A stretch of 64,000 nt of DNA from Octopus vulgaris (Eukaryota). The notes under the pieces are model-generated. The model was not told the origin of the DNA and did not search any database. It worked only from the letters and a program-made list of their open reading frames with translations. A program made the position numbers and the translations under genes. Positions 63,150 to 64,000 of the stretch are shown in pieces (the first letter of the stretch is position 1; each line of letters begins with the position of its first letter). The DNA lies in contig OX597824.1 of assembly GCA_951406725.2 (NCBI GenBank), forward strand, positions 98,890,001 to 98,954,000. Direction: 5' to 3'.

Positions 63150-63790
63150 TAGTTTGCTGTGAGAAGATTGTTGAGATAGACAAAAGCCTCTTCTCAAAAA
63201 CAAAAATCCAACTGAGAAAGAACGTTAGCTGAAAAGTTGGGTTTTCGAGGAGGTGTGCTGTGAGGCCAGACAGGTTTTCGAGGAGGTCTGCTGTGAGGCC
63301 AGACAGGTTTTCGAGGAGGTCTGCTGTGAGGCCAGACAGGTTTTCAAGGAGGTGTGCTGTGAGGCCAAACAGGTATTCGAGGAGGTGTGCTGTGAGGCCA
63401 GACAGGTTTTCTGTTATGCGGTGCTATGTCAGAATCATTACAACATACTGGAAGAAAGCCTATGTCAGGTGATTCTTTCAGGAACTACAATTTCCAGTGG
63501 CTTGGAGAGAGTCTACTCTCAAATTCCTGAAATTGATGGTTATAATTAGTGAACCACAGCATTAAGTTTATTAACTCGATAGACGGTACCCACATGCAAC
63601 AAGTGGAAAGCACATGGGCCTCTGTAAACAATGCTGTGGTACCCACCGTTCTATGGTTAACTCATATCTCTGTGAGTGTGTGTGGTATAGGAGATATGAA
63701 GATTGTAATTTGATAGACAAACTCCTAGAGTGCATTGCAAACTTGTTTTTTGTTATAGACAGCTATCATGCAGAAAATTCCAGCTTCCAA
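63150..63790 (+). mobile_element. Merlin (IS1595/ISXO2-like DDE) transposase remnant
   Basis: IVEIDKSLF, a WVFGG-like region, VFCYAV, ILSGTTISS, VNHSIKFI..DGTHMQQVESTWASV and SYLCECVWYRRY. Confidence 0.8.
63241..63411 (+). repeat. 33-bp minisatellite, about 5 copies
   Basis: Unit gttttcgaggaggtgtgctgtgaggccagacag with few substitutions. Confidence 0.95.
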
Positions 63791-64000
63791 ATCCTGTATT
63801 CTGATCAGATAAAAATAATGAAACTTTAAACCTCTGAAACATTTTTCTAAAATTTTTCTGGGACAACTGAATAACAACAGATTCAGCATGAAAAATTACA
63901 TAATATACCAAATTTGAAAATTTTCACTTGATTTTAAAATTTCAAAAAGTGTGAACCAAACACAAAAGATCCCAGTGAGCAGCCATAGCTGCTCTACTCT

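Noticed and set aside
63241-63411. CRISPR-like array
   Set aside because: The units are contiguous with no unique spacers, the context is eukaryotic, and there are no cas genes. The same applies to 11604, 26055 and 55293.

Overview
AT-rich, microsatellite- and transposon-dense eukaryotic genomic DNA. The SINE and RTE repertoire points to an octopus (coleoid cephalopod); this is an inference. Two spliced protein-coding genes lie tail-to-tail. (1) A complete + strand CD225/dispanin-family membrane protein gene has coding exons 24464-24543, 29948-30141 and 34853-35022 (147 aa, no cysteines). It has two candidate CRE-associated non-coding first exons, ending at 1898 and 24111. (2) The last five coding exons of a - strand NCKAP1/Nap1/Hem (WAVE complex) gene lie at 53442-43065; the rest of that gene appears to be beyond the window. 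The remainder is mostly decayed mobile DNA: RTE, CR1-like and R4/Dong LINEs, tRNA-derived SINEs, hAT MITEs with 8-bp TSDs, Helitron, maT/Tc1, piggyBac and Merlin pieces, and an ORF1-only (HAL1-like) retroelement. The most notable hidden layer is a set of minimal type I hammerhead-ribozyme motifs from several unrelated Penelope-like repeat families. One has an intact core and lies on the sense strand of a dispanin intron (27436-27527). Another family forms inverted hammerhead-bearing arms around a tRNA-like head (13593-14008). Most ORFs in the supplied track are microsatellite or repeat artefacts. All family calls are by eye, without database searches.
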